Shown here: positions 27,948-51,445 of the stretch, piece after piece
Position numbering within the stretch: position 1 is the stretch's first letter
How the letters are laid out: each line of letters opens with the position of its first letter
Assembly (NCBI GenBank): GCA_012295275.1
Contig: CM022665.1
Span: 17,298,001-17,362,000, forward strand
Reading direction: 5' to 3'
Origin: Chrysomallon squamiferum
Taxonomy: Eukaryota; Animalia; Mollusca
DNA: 64,000 bases
Translations under genes and position numbers: made by a program
The notes under the pieces: model-generated
Told to the model about the DNA's origin: nothing
The model's input: only the letters and a program-made list of their open reading frames with translations
The model's database searches: none

Positions 27948-28491
27948 CATACACAGAGAAAAACCTCTGGTACTGAATTTATATACAATTCTAAAAGAAA
28001 CAAAATTCAATTCATTAGAAATTGCCTGAAAATATAAAAACAAACAAACTTCAGTATATTAATAAAATACAAAAGAAATAATAAATTCTGATATTAAAAA
28101 ACGATTCTATCAAATGACACAATAAATTATTTGATTTACTGATTTTTTTATTATAAGAACAGTAAGCAAATTTGACAGGATAGAATAAACAAATAAGTAA
28201 ACAATGACAGAACAACTTTGAAATTTTAAAACGATCGAAACTCGGCGTTTTTGGATTCCATTTATCGGATAATTATCGCATGTAAGCTTAGTGATTACAT
28301 CTCACGTAAGGGACATAACTCTAATCTAGGTTAGTGAACACATATCACTAAAGGGAGATAAGTCTAATCGATATATTTTTTTTCTTTGCTTAGTGAGTTC
28401 ATCTCACGTAAGGGACCTAACTCTCATCTTTTTGTGAGCACATATCACTAAAACGATATAAGTATAATCGATATGATTTTTTTTTTCTTTG

Positions 28492-28578
<87 letters not shown>

Positions 28579-29761
28579 AGAGAAAAACCTCTGGTACTGA
28601 ATTTATATACAATTCTAAAAGAAACAAAATTCAATTCATTAGAAATTGCCTGAAAATTTAAAAACAAACAAACTTCAGTATATTAATAAAATACAAAAGA
28701 AATAATAAATTCTGATATTAAAAAACGATTCTATCAAATGACACAATAAATTATTTGATTTACTGATTTTTTTATTATAAGAACAGTAAGCAAATTTGAC
28801 AGGATAGAATAAACAAATAAGTAAACAATGACAGAACAACTTTGAAATTTTAAAACGATCGAAACTCGGCGTTTTTGGATTCCATTTATCGGATAATTAT
28901 CGCATGTAAGCTTAGTGATTACATCTCACGTAAGGGACATAACTCTAATCTAGGTTAGTGAACACATATCACTAAAGGGAGATAAGTCTAATCGATATAA
29001 TTTTTTCTTTGCTTAGTGAGTTCATCTCACGTAAGGGACCTAACTCTCATCTTTTTGTGAGCACATATCACTAAAACGATATAAGTATAATCGATATGAA
29101 TTTTTCTTTGCTTTATATATATATATATATATATATAGATATACAGGCAGACACACACACACACAAAACACACACACACACACATACACAGAGAAAAACC
29201 TCTGGTACTGAATTTATATACAATTCTAAAAGAAACAAAATTCAATTCATTAGAAATTGCCTGAAAATTTAAAAACAAACAAACTTCAGTATATTAATAA
29301 AATACAAAAGAAATAATAAATTCTGATATTAAAAAACGATTCTATCAAATGACACAATAAATTATTTGAGTTTACTGATTTTTTTATTATAAGAACAGTA
29401 AGCAAATTTGACAGGATAGAATAAACAAATAAGTAAACAATGACAGAACAACTTTGAAATTTTAAAACGATCGAAACTCGGCGTTTTTGGATTCCATTTA
29501 TCGGATAATTATCGCATGTAAGCTTAGTGATTACATCTCACGTAAGGGACATAACTCTAATCTAGGTTAGTGAACACATATCACTAAAGGGAGATAAGTC
29601 TAATCGATATAATTTTTTCTTTGCTTAGTGAGTTCATCTCACGTAAGGGACCTAACTCTCATCTTTTTGTGAGCACATATCACTAAAACGATATAAGTAT
29701 AATCGATATGAATTTTTCTTTGCTTAGTATATATATATATATATATATAGATATACAGGCA

Positions 29762-29798
<37 letters not shown>

Positions 29799-30374
29799 AG
29801 AGAAAAACCTCTGGTACTGAATGCATATACAATTCTAAAAGAAACAAAATTCAATTCATTAGAAATTGCCTGAAAATTTAAAAAAACAAACAAACTTCAG
29901 TATATTAATAAAATACAAAAGAAATAATAAATTCTGATATTAAAAAACGATTCTATCAAATGACACAATAAATTATTTGATTTACTGTTTTTTTTATTAT
30001 AAGAACAGTAAGCAAATTTGACAGGATAGAATAAACAAATAAGTAAACAATGACAGAACAACTTTGAAATTTTAAAACGATCGAAACTCGGCGTTTTTGG
30101 ATTCCATTTATCGGATAATTATCGCATGTAAGCTTAGTGATTACATCTCACGTAAGGGACATAACTCTAATCTAGGTTAGTGAACACATATCACTAAAGG
30201 GAGATAAGTCTAATCGATATAATTTTTTCTTTGCTTAGTGAGTTCATCTCACGTAAGGGACCTAACTCTCATCTCATTTTGTGAGCACATATCACTAAAA
30301 CGATATAAGTATAATCGATATAATTTTTTTTCTTTTTGCTTAGTAAATATATATATATATATATATATATACAG

Positions 30375-30416
<42 letters not shown>

Positions 30417-30956
30417 AAAAACCTCTGGTACTGAATTTATATACAATTCTAAAAGAAACAAAATTCAATTCATTAGAAATTGCCTGAAAATTAAAAAAAC
30501 AAACAAACTTCAGTATATTAATAAAATACAAAAGAAATAATAAATTCTGATATTAAAAAAACGATTCTATCAAATGACACAATAAATTATTTGATTTACT
30601 GATTTTTTATTATAAGAACAGTAAGCAAATTTGACAGGATAGAATAAACAAATAAGTAAACAATGACAGAACAACTTTGAAATTTTAAAACGATCGAAAC
30701 TCGGCGTTTTTGGATTCCATTTATCGGATAATTATCGCATGTAAGCTTAGTGATTACATCTCACGTAAGGGACATAACTCTAATCTAGGTTAGTGAACAC
30801 ATATCACTAAAGGGAGATAAGTCTAATCGATATATTTTTTTTTCTTTGCTTAGTGAGTTCATCTCACGTAAGGGACCTAACTCTCATCTTTTTGTGAGCA
30901 CATATCATAAAACTAAAACGATATATAAGTATAATCGATATGAATTTTTCTTTTTG

Positions 30957-31039
<83 letters not shown>

Positions 31040-31614
31040 AGAGAAAAACCTCTGGTACTGAATTTATATACAATTCTAAAAGAAACAAAATTCAATTCAT
31101 TAGAAATTGCCTGAAAATAAAAAAAAACAAACAAACTTCAGTATATTAATAAAATACAAAAGAAATAATAAATTCTGATATAAAAAAACGATTCTATCAA
31201 ATGACACAATAAATTATTTGATTTTACTTTTTTTTTTTATTATAAGAACAGTAAGCAAATTTGACAGGATAGAATAAACAAATAAGTAAACAATGACAGA
31301 ACAACTTTGAAATTTTAAAACGATCGAAACTCGGCGTTTTTGGATTCCATTTATCGGATAATTATCGCATGTAAGCTTAGTGATTACATCTCACGTAAGG
31401 GACATAACTCTAATCTAGGTTAGTGAACACATATCACTAAAGGGAGATAAGTCTAATCGATATAATTTTTTTTTTCTTTGCTTAGTGAGTTCATCTCACG
31501 TAAGGGACCTAACTCTCATCTTTTTGTGAGCACATATCACTAAAAACGATATAAGTATAATCGATATGAATTTTTCTTTGCTTAGTATATATATATATAT
31601 ATATATATAGATAT

Positions 31615-31661
<47 letters not shown>

Positions 31662-32234
31662 AGAGAAAAACCTCTGGTACTGAATTTATATACAATTCTA
31701 AAAGAAACAAAATTCAATTCATTAGAAATTGCCTGAAAATTTAAAAACAAACAAACTTCAGTATATTAATAAAATACAAAAGAAATAATAAATTCTGATA
31801 TTAAAAAACGATTCTATCAAATGACACACAATAAATTATTTGATTTACTGATTTTTTTATTATAAGAACAGTAAGCAAATTTGACAGGATAGAATAAACA
31901 AATAAGTAAACAATGACAGAACAACTTTGAAATTTTAAAACGATCGAAACTCGGCGTTTTTGGATTCCATTTATCGGATAATTATCGCATGTAAGCTTAG
32001 TGATTACATCTCACGTAAGGGACATAACTCTAATCTAGGTTAGTGAACACATATCACTAAAGGGAGATAAGTCTAATCGATATAATTTTTTTTCTTTGCT
32101 TAGTGAGTTCATCTCACGTAAGGGACCTAACTCTCATCTTTTTGTGAGCACATATCACTAAAACGATATAAGTATAATCGATATGAATTTTTTTTTTTGC
32201 TTATATATATATATATATATATAGATATATAGGC

Positions 32235-32269
<35 letters not shown>

Positions 32270-34653
32270 CATACACAGAGAAAAACCTCTGGTACTGAAT
32301 TTATATACAATTCTAAAGAAACAAAACAAAATTCAATTCATTAGAAATTGCCTGAAAATTTAAAAACAAACAAACTTCAGTATATTAATAAAATACAAAA
32401 GAAATAATAAATTCTGATATTAAAAAACGATTCTATCAAATGACACAATAAATTATTTGATTTTACTTTTTTTTTATTATAAGAACAGTAAGCAAATTTG
32501 ACAGGATAGAATAAACAAATAAGTAAACAATGACAGAACAACTTTGAAATTTTAAAACGATCGAAACTCGGCGTTTTTGGATTCCATTTATCGGATAATT
32601 ATCGCATGTAAGCTTAGTGATTACATCTCACGTAAGGGACATAACTCTAATCTAGGTTAGTGAACACATATCACTAAAGGGAGATAAGTCTAATCGATAT
32701 TTTTTTTTCTTTGCTTAGTGAGTTCATCTCACGTAAGGGACCTAACTCTCATCTTTTTGTGAGCACATATCACTAAAACGATATAAGTATAATCGATATG
32801 AATTTTTTCTTTGCTTAGTAAATATATATATATATATAGATATACAGGCAGACACACACACACAAACACACGCACACACACATACACAGAGAAAAACCTC
32901 TGGTACTGAATTTATATACAATTCTAAAAGAAACAAAATTCAATTCATTAGAAATTGCCTGAAAATTTAAAAACAAACAAACTTCAGTATATTAATAAAA
33001 TACAAAAAAGAAATAATAAATTCTGATATTAAAAAACGATTCTATCAAATGACACAATAAATTATTTGATTTACTGATTTTTTTTATTATAAGAACAGTA
33101 AGCAAATTTGACAGGATAGAATAAACAAATAAGTAAACAATGACAGAACAACTTTGAAATTTTAAAACGATCGAAACTCGGCGTTTTTGGATTCCATTTA
33201 TCGGATAATTATCGCATGTAAGCTTAGTGATTACATCTCACGTAAGGGACATAACTCTAATCTAGGTTAGTGAACACATATCACTAAAGGGAGATAAAGT
33301 CTATCGATCGATATTTTTTTTCTTTGCTTAGTGAGTTCATCTCACGTAAGGGACCTAACTCTCATCTTTTTGTGAGCACATATCACTAAAACGATATATA
33401 AGTATAATCGATATGAATTTTTCTTTGCTTATATATATATATATATATATAGATATATAGGCAACACACACACACACAACACACACACACACACACACAC
33501 AGAGAAAACCTCTGGTACTGGTATTTATATACAATTCTAAAAGAAACAAAATTCAATTCATTAGAAATTGCCTGAAAATTAAAAAAACAAACAAACTTCA
33601 GTATATTAATAAAATACAAAAGAAATAATAAATTCTGATATTAAAAAACGATTCTATCAAATGACACAATAAATTATTTGATTTTACTGATTTTTTTATT
33701 ATAAGAACAGTAAGCAAATTTGACAGGATAGAATAAACAAATAAGTAAACAATGACAGAACAACTTTGAAATTCTTAAAACGATCGAAACTCGGCGTTTT
33801 TGGATTCCATTTATCGGATAATTATCGCATGTAAGCTTAGTGATTACATCTCACGTAAGGGACATAACTCTAATCTAGGTTAGTGAACACATATCACTAA
33901 AGGGAGATAAGTCTAATCGATATAATTTTTTCTTTGCTTAGTGAGTTCATCTCACGTAAGGGACCTAACTCTCATCTTTTTGTGAGCACATATCACTAAA
34001 ACGATATAAGTATAATCGATATGAATTTTTCTTTGCTTTTAAATATATATATATATATATATATATATAGGCAGGCACACACACACACACAACACACACA
34101 CACACACACATACACAGAGAAAAACCTCTGGTACTGAATTTATATACAATTCTAAAAGAAACAAAATTCAATTCATTAGAAATTGCCTGAAAATTTAAAA
34201 ACAAACAAACTTCAGTATATTAATAAAATACAAAAGAAATAATAAATTCTGATATTAAAAAACGATTCTATCAAATGACACAATAAATTATTTGATTTAC
34301 TGATTTTTTTATTATAAGAACAGTAAGCAAATTTGACAGGATAGAATAAACAAATAAGTAAACAATGACAGAACAACTTTGAAATTTTAAAACGATCGAA
34401 ACTCGGCGTTTTTGGATTCCATTTATCGGATAATTATCGCATGTAAGCTTAGTGATTACATCTCACGTAAGGGACATAACTCTAATCTAGGTTAGTGAAC
34501 ACATATCACTAAAGGGAGATAAGTCTAATCGATATAATTTTTTCTTTGCTTAGTGAGTTCATCTCACGTAAGGGACCTAACTCTCATCTTTTTGTGAGCA
34601 CATATCACTAAAACGATATAAGTATAATCGATATGAATTTTTCTTTGCTTAGT

Positions 34654-34689
<36 letters not shown>

Positions 34690-35312
34690 GATATACAGGC
34701 AGACACACACAGACAAACACACGCACACACACATACACAGAGAAAAACCTCTGGTACTGAATTTATATACAATTCTAAAAGAAACAAAATTCAATTCATT
34801 AGAAATTGCCTGAAAATTTAAAAACAAACAAACTTCAGTATATTAATAAAATACAAAAGAAATAATAAATTCTGATATTAAAAAACGATTCTATCAAATG
34901 ACACAATAAATTATTTGATTTACTGATTTTTTTATTATAAGAACAGTAAGCAAATTTGACAGGATAGAATAAACAAATAAGTAAACAATGACAGAACAAC
35001 TTTGAAATTTTAAAACGATCGAAACTCGGCGTTTTTGGATTCCATTTATCGGATAATTATCGCATGTAAGCTTAGTGATTACATCTCACGTAAGGGACAT
35101 AACTCTAATCTAGGTTAGTGAACACATATCACTAAAGGGAGATAAGTCTAATCGATATATTTTTTTTTCTTTGCTTTAGTGAGAGTTCATCTCACGTAAG
35201 GGACCTAACTCTCATCTTTTTGTGAGCACATATCACTAAAACGATATAAGTATAATCGATATGAATTTTTCTTTGCTTAGTAAATATATATATATATATA
35301 GATATACAGGCA

Positions 35313-35360
<48 letters not shown>

Positions 35361-37759
35361 AAAAACCTCTGGTACTGAATTTATATACAATTCTAAAAGA
35401 AACAAAATTCAATTCATTAGAAATTGCCTGAAAATTTAAAAACAAACAAACTTCAGTATATTAATAAAATACAAAAGAAATAATAAATTCTGATATTAAA
35501 AAACGATTCTATCAAATGACACAATAAATTATTTGATTTACTGATTTTTTTATTATAAGAACAGTAAGCAAATTTGACAGGATAGAATAAACAAATAAGT
35601 AAACAATGACAGAACAACTTTGAAATTTTAAAACGATCGAAACTCGGCGTTTTTTTGGATTCCATTTATCGGATAATTATCGCATGTAAGCTTAGTGATT
35701 ACATCTCACGTAAGGGACATAACTCTAATCTAGGTTAGTGAACACATATCACTAAAGGGAGATAAGTCTAATCGATATAATTTTTTTCTTTGCTTAGTGA
35801 GTTCATCTCACGTAAGGGACCTAACTCTCATCTTTTTGTGAGCACATATCACTAAAACGATATAAGTATAATCGATATGAATTTTTTTTCTTTGCTTTAG
35901 TAATATATATATATATATATATAGATATACACAGGCACACACACACACAAACACACACACACACACATACACAGAGAAAAACCTCTGGTACTGAATTTAT
36001 ATACAATTCTAAAAGAAACAAAATTCAATTCATTAGAAATTGCCTGAAAATTTAAAAACAAACTTCAGTATATTAATAAAATACAAAAGAAATAATAAAT
36101 TCTGATATTAAAAAACGATTCTATCAAATGACACAATAAATTATTTGATTTACTGATTTTTTTATTATAAGAACAGTAAGCAAATTTGACAGGATAGAAT
36201 AAACAAATAAGTAAACAATGACAGAACAACTTTGAAATTTTAAAACGATCGAAACTCGGCGTTTTTGGATTCCATTTATCGGATAATTATCGCATGTAAG
36301 CTTAGTGATTACATCTCACGTAAGGGACATAACTCTAATCTAGGTTAGTGAACACATATCACTAAAGGGAGATAAGTCTAATCGATATAATTTTTTCTTT
36401 GCTTAGTGAGTTCATCTCACGTAAGGGACCTAACTCTCATCTTTTTGTGAGCACATATCACTAAAACGATATAAGTATAATCGATATGAATTTTTCTTTG
36501 CTTAGTAAATATATATATATATATATATATAGATATACAGGCAGACACACACACACAAACACACACACACACACACACATACACAGAGAAAAACCTCTGG
36601 TACTGAATTTATATACAATTCTAAAAGAAACAAAATTCAATTCATTAGAAATTGCCTGAAAATTTAAAAACAAACAAACTTCAGTATATTAATAAAATAC
36701 AAAAGAAATAATAAATTCTGATATTATTAAAAAACGATTCTATCAAATGACACAATAAATTATTTTTGATTTACTGATTTTTTATTATAAGAACAGTAAG
36801 CAAATTTGACAGGATAGAATAAACAAATAAGTAAACAATGACAGAACAACTTTGAAATTTTAAAACGATCGAAACTCGGCGTTTTTGGATTCCATTTATC
36901 GGATAATTATCGCATGTAAGCTTAGTGATTACATCTCACGTAAGGGACATAACTCTAATCTAGGTTAGTGAACACATATCACTAAAGGGAGATAAGTCTA
37001 ATCGATATAATTTTTTCTTTGCTTAGTGAGTTCATCTCACGTAAGGGACCTAACTCTCATCTTTTTGTGAGCACATATCACTAAAACGATATAAGTATAA
37101 TCGATATGAATTTTTCTTTGCTTAGTAAATATATATATATATATATATATATATAGGCAAACACACACACAAACACACACACACACACATACACAGAGAA
37201 AAACCTCTGGTACTGAATTTATATACAATTCTAAAAGAAACAAAATTCAATTCATTAGAAATTGCCTGAAAATTTAAAAACAAACAAACTTCAGTATATT
37301 AATAAAATACAAAAGAAATAATAAATTCTGATATTAAAAAACGATTCTATCAAATGACACAATAAATTATTTGATTTACTGATTTTTTTATTATAAGAAC
37401 AGTAAGCAAATTTGACAGGATAGAATAAACAAATAAGTAAACAATGACAGAACAACTTTGAAACTAACACATACACTAAGTGAAATTTTAAAACGATCGA
37501 AACTCGGCGTTTTTGGATTCCATTTATCGGATAATTATCGCATGTAAGCTTAGTGATTACATCTCACGTAAGGGACATAACTCTAATCTAGGTTAGTGAA
37601 CACATATCACTAAAGGGAGATAAGTCTAATCGATATAATTTTTTCTTTGCTTAGTGAGTTCATCTCACGTAAGGGACCTAACTCTCATCTTTTTGTGAGC
37701 ACATATCACTAAAACGATATATAAGTATAATCGATATGAATTTTTCTTTGCTTAGTAAA

Positions 37760-37819
<60 letters not shown>

Positions 37820-39005
37820 CATACACAGAGAAAAACCTCTGGTACTGAATTTATATACAATTCTAAAAGAAACAAAATTCAATTCATTAGAAATTGCCTG
37901 AAAATTTAAAAACAAACAAACTTCAGTATATTAATAAAATACAAAAGAAATAATAAATTCTGATATTAAAAAAAAACGATTCTATCAAATGACACAATAA
38001 ATTATTTGATTTACTGATTTTTTATTATAAGAACAGTAAGCAAATTTGACAGGATAGAATAAACAAATAAGTAAACAATGACAGAACAACTTTGAAATTT
38101 TAAAACGATCGAAACTCGGCGTTTTTGGATTCCATTTATCGGATAATTATCGCATGTAAGCTTAGTGATTACATCTCACGTAAGGGACATAACTCTAATC
38201 TAGGTTAGTGAACACATATCACTAAAGGGAGATAAGTCTAATCGATATAATTTTTTCTTTGCTTAGTGAGTTCATCTCACGTAAGGGACCTAACTCTCAT
38301 CTTTTTGTGAGCACATATCACTAAAACGATATAAGTATAATCGATATGAATTTTTCTTTGCTTAGTAAATATATATATATATATAGATATATATACAGGC
38401 AAACACACACACAAACACACACACACACACACATACACAGAGAAAAACCTCTGGTACTGAATTTATATACAATTCTAAAAGAAACAAAATTCAATTCATT
38501 AGAAATTGCCTGAAAATTTAAAAACAAACAAACTTCAGTATATTAATAAAATACAAAAGAAATAATAAATTCTGATATTAAAAAAACGATTCTATCAAAT
38601 GACACAATAAATTATTTGATTTTACTTTTTTTATTATAAGAACAGTAAGCAAATTTGACAGGATAGAATAAACAAATAAGTAAACAATGACAGAACAACT
38701 TTGAAATTTTAAAACGATCGAAACTCGGCGTTTTTGGATTCCATTTATCGGATAATTATCGCATGTAAGCTTAGTGATTACATCTCACGTAAGGGACATA
38801 ACTCTAATCTAGGTTAGTGAACACATATCACTAAAGGGAGATAAGTCTAATCGATATAATTTTTTCTTTGCTTAGTGAGTTCATCTCACGTAAGGGACCT
38901 AACTCTCATCTTTTTGTGAGCACATATCACTAAAACGATATAAGTATAATCGATATGAATTTTTCTTTGCTTAGTAAATATATATATATATATATAGATA
39001 TACAG

Positions 39006-39043
<38 letters not shown>

Positions 39044-39611
39044 AGAGAAAAACCTCTGGTACTGAATTTATATACAATTCTAAAAGAAACAAAATTCAAT
39101 TCATTAGAAATTGCCTGAAAATTTAAAAACAAACAAACTTCAGTATATTAATAAAATACAAAAGAAATAATAAATTCTGATATTAAAAAACGATTCTATC
39201 AAATGACACAATAAATTATTTGATTTACTGATTTTTTTATTATAAGAACAGTAAGCAAATTTGACAGGATAGAATAAACAAATAAGTAAACAATGACAGA
39301 ACAACTTTGAAATTTTAAAACGATCGAAACTCGGCGTTTTTGGATTCCATTTATCGGATAATTATCGCATGTAAGCTTAGTGATTACATCTCACGTAAGG
39401 GACATAACTCTAATCTAGGTTAGTGAACACATATCACTAAAGGGAGATAAGTCTAATCGATATAATTTTTTCTTTGCTTAGTGAGTTCATCTCACGTAAG
39501 GGACCTAACTCTCATCTTTTTGTGAGCACATATCACTAAAACGATATAAGTATAATCGATATGAATTTTTCTTTGCTTAGTAAATATATATATATATATA
39601 TATATATACAG

Positions 39612-39642
<31 letters not shown>

Positions 39643-42600
39643 CATACACAGAGAAAAACCTCTGGTACTGAATTTATATACAATTCTAAAAGAAACAAAA
39701 TTCAATTCATTAGAAATTGCCTGAAAATTTAAAAACAAACAAACTTCAGTATATTAATAAAATACAAAAGAAATAATAAATTCTGATATTAAAAAACGAT
39801 TCTATCAAATGACACAATAAATTATTTGATTTACTGATTTTTTTATTATAAGAACAGTAAGCAAATTTGACAGGATAGAATAAACAAATAAGTAAACAAT
39901 GACAGAACAACTTTGAAATTTTAAAACGATCGAAACTCGGCGTTTTTGGATTCCATTTATCGGATAATTATCGCATGTAAGCTTAGTGATTACATCTCAC
40001 GTAAGGGACATAACTCTAATCTAGGTTAGTGAACACATATCACTAAAGGGAGATAAGTCTAATCGATATAATTTTTTTTCTTTGCTTAGTGAGTTCATCT
40101 CACGTAAGGGACCTAACTCTCATCTTTTTGTGAGCACATATCACTAAAACGATATAAGTATAATCGATATGAATTTTTTTTGCTTTTGCTTAATAAATAT
40201 ATATATATATATATATATAGGCAACACACACACACACAAACACTACACACACACACATACACAGAGAAAAACCTCTGGTACTGAATTTATATACAATTCT
40301 AAAAGAAACAAAATTCAATTCATTAGAAATTGCCTGAAAATTTAAAAAACAAACAAACTTCAGTATATTAATAAAATACAAAAGAAATAATAAATTCTGA
40401 TATTAAAAACGATTCTATCAAATGACACAATAAATTATTTGATTTACTGATTTTTTTTATTATAAGAACAGTAAGCAAATTTGACAGGATAGAATAAACA
40501 AATAAGTAAACAATGACAGAACAACTTTGAAATTTTAAAACGATCGAAACTCGGCGTTTTTGGATTCCATTTATCGGATAATTATCGCATGTAAGCTTAG
40601 TGATTACATCTCACGTAAGGGACATAACTCTAATCTAGGTTAGTGAACACATATCACTAAAGGGAGATAAGTCTAATCGATATAATTTTTTCTTTGCTTA
40701 GTGAGTTCATCTCACGTAAGGGACCTAACTCTCATCTTTTTGTGAGCACATATCACTAAAACGATATAAGTATAATCGATATGAATTTTTCTTTGCTTAG
40801 TAAATATATATATATATATAGATATATAGGCAAACACACACACAAACACACACACACACACACACACATACACAGAGAAAAACCTCTGGTACTGAATTTA
40901 TATACAATTCTAAAAGAAACAAAATTCAATTCATTAGAAATTGCCTGAAAATTTAAAAACAAACAAACTTCAGTATATTAATAAAATACAAAAGAAATAA
41001 TAAATTCTGATATTAAAAAACGATTCTATCAAATGACACAATAAATTATTTGATTTACTGATTTTTTTATTATAAGAACAGTAAGCAAATTTGACAGGAT
41101 AGAATAAACAAATAAGTAAACAATGACAGAACAACTTTGAAATTTTAAAACGATCGAAACTCGGCGTTTTTGGATTCCATTTATCGGATAATTATCGCAT
41201 GTAAGCTTAGTGATTACATCTCACGTAAGGGACATAACTCTAATCTAGGTTAGTGAACACATATCACTAAAGGGAGATAAGTCTAATCGATATAATTTTT
41301 TCTTTGCTTAGTGAGTTCATCTCACGTAAGGGACCTAACTCTCATCTTTTTGTGAGCACATATCACTAAAACGATATAAGTATAATCGATATGAATTTTT
41401 CTTTGCTTAGTAAATATATATATATATATAGATATATAGGCAGACACACACACACAAACACACACACACACACATACACAGAGAAAAACCTCTGGTACTG
41501 AATTTATATACAATTCTAAAAGAAACAAAATTCAATTCATTAGAAATTGCCTGAAAATTTAAAAACAAACTTCAGTATATTAATAAAATACAAAAGAAAT
41601 AATAAATTCTTCTGATGATATTAAAAAAACGATTCTATCAAATGACACAATAAATTATTTGATTTACTGATTTTTTTTATTATAAGAACAGTAAGCAAAT
41701 TTGACAGGATAGAATAAACAAATAAGTAAACAATGACAGAACAACTTTGAAATTTTAAAACGATCGAAACTCGGCGTTTTTGGATTCCATTTATCGGATA
41801 ATTATCGCATGTAAGCTTAGTGATTACATCTCACGTAAGGGACATAACTCTAATCTAGGTTAGTGAACACATATCACTAAAGGGAGATAAGTCTAATCGA
41901 TATAATTTTTTTCTTTGCTTAGTGAGTTCATCTCACGTAAGGGACCTAACTCTCATCTTTTTGTGAGCACATATCACTAAAACGATATAAGTATAATCGA
42001 TATGAATTTTTCTTTGCTTAGTAAATATATATATATATATATAGATATACAGGCAGACACACACACACAAACACACGCACACACACATACACAGAGAAAA
42101 ACCTCTGGTACTGAATTTATATACAATTCTAAAAGAAACAAAATTCAATTCATTAGAAATTGCCTGAAAATTTAAAAACAAACAAACTTCAGTATATTAA
42201 TAAAATACAAAAGAAATAATAAATTCTGATATTAAAAACGATTCTATCAAATGACACAATAAATTATTTGATTTACTGATTTTTTTATTATAAGAACAGT
42301 AAGCAAATTTGACAGGATAGAATAAACAAATAAGTAAACAATGACAGAACAACTTTGAAATTTTAAAACGATCGAAACTCGGCGTTTTTGGATTCCATTT
42401 ATCGGATAATTATCGCATGTAAGCTTAGTGATTACATCTCACGTAAGGGACATAACTCTAATCTAGGTTAGTGAACACATATCACTAAAGGGAGATAAGT
42501 CTAATCGATATAATTTTTTCTTTGCTTAGTGAGTTCATCTCACGTAAGGGACCTAACTCTCATCTTTTTGTGAGCACATATCACTAAAACGATATAAGTA

Positions 42601-42972
42601 TAATCGATATGAATTTTTCTTTGCTTAGTAAAATATATATATATATATAGATATATACAGGCAAACACACACAAACAAACACACACACACACACATACAC
42701 AGAGAAAAACCTCTGGTACTGAATTTATATACAATTCTAAAAGAAACAAAATTCAATTCATTAGAAATTGCCTGAAAATTTAAAAACAAACTTCAGTATA
42801 TTAATAAAATACAAAAGAAATAATAAATTCTGATATTAAAAAACGATTCTATCAAATGACACAATAAATTATTTGATTTACTGATTTTTTTATTATAAGA
42901 ACAGTAAGCAAATTTGACAGGATAGAATAAACAAATAAGTAAACAATGACAGAACAACTTTGAGAATTTTAA
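18410..42972 (+). repeat. Satellite array 1: about 40 head-to-tail copies of a ~610-bp complex monomer
   Basis: Each monomer has an A-rich unique part, two ~100-bp subrepeats (GCTTAGTG at e.g. 18700, 18801, partial at 18900) and a variable (TA)n(CA)n tract. There is one AAGCTT per monomer. The array fills the whole contig between two gaps. Confidence 0.98.
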
Positions 42973-43172
42973 NNNNNNNNNNNNNNNNNNNNNNNNNNNN
43001 NNNNNNNNNNNNNNNNNNNNNNNNNNNNNNNNNNNNNNNNNNNNNNNNNNNNNNNNNNNNNNNNNNNNNNNNNNNNNNNNNNNNNNNNNNNNNNNNNNNN
43101 NNNNNNNNNNNNNNNNNNNNNNNNNNNNNNNNNNNNNNNNNNNNNNNNNNNNNNNNNNNNNNNNNNNNNNNN
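42973..43172. other. Assembly gap (200 N)
   Basis: Run of exactly 200 N. Confidence 0.99.
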
Positions 43173-43246
43173 TTAGTAAATATGTAACATCAGATTGCAA
43201 GTATATGTAACATAGCAGTTCGTACAGTACACAGCACATTCATTTA

Positions 43247-43390
<144 letters not shown>

Positions 43391-43588
43391 AGTGAAGCAC
43401 ACACTCAAACAGAGAGACAGATGCTCTTCAAACTGTACAACACGGGAAATGAAACAATAAACAATTCTTGTTACTAAATTAAAAATAGAACATCAAATTA
43501 TTTGACTCGTTACAAATATCTCATTGTCAGTTTTTGTTCTCTCTGTCACTTCCTTGTGTGTTTGTCTCTCTCATAAAATCACAAAAAT

Positions 43589-51445
<7,857 letters not shown>

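Noticed and set aside
37455-37490. Small insertion (CTAACACATACACTAAG) with a TGAAA duplication in one monomer
   Set aside because: It is a single occurrence in an error-prone array, resembles scrambled monomer sequence and is too short to call an element.
18410-42972. Dozens of near-identical minus-strand ORFs (MFLNFQAISNELNF..., CVCVCV/YIYIYI) suggesting a tandem gene family
   Set aside because: They are translations of the satellite through (TG)n(TA)n tracts; frames shift with microsatellite length and most starts are non-ATG.
43436-43458. ACACGGGAAATGAAACA as the missing second TIR of the pogo element
   Set aside because: The match is partial and gapped, has no terminal GGGAAAAA or flanking TA, and would place the host signal-peptide exon inside the element.
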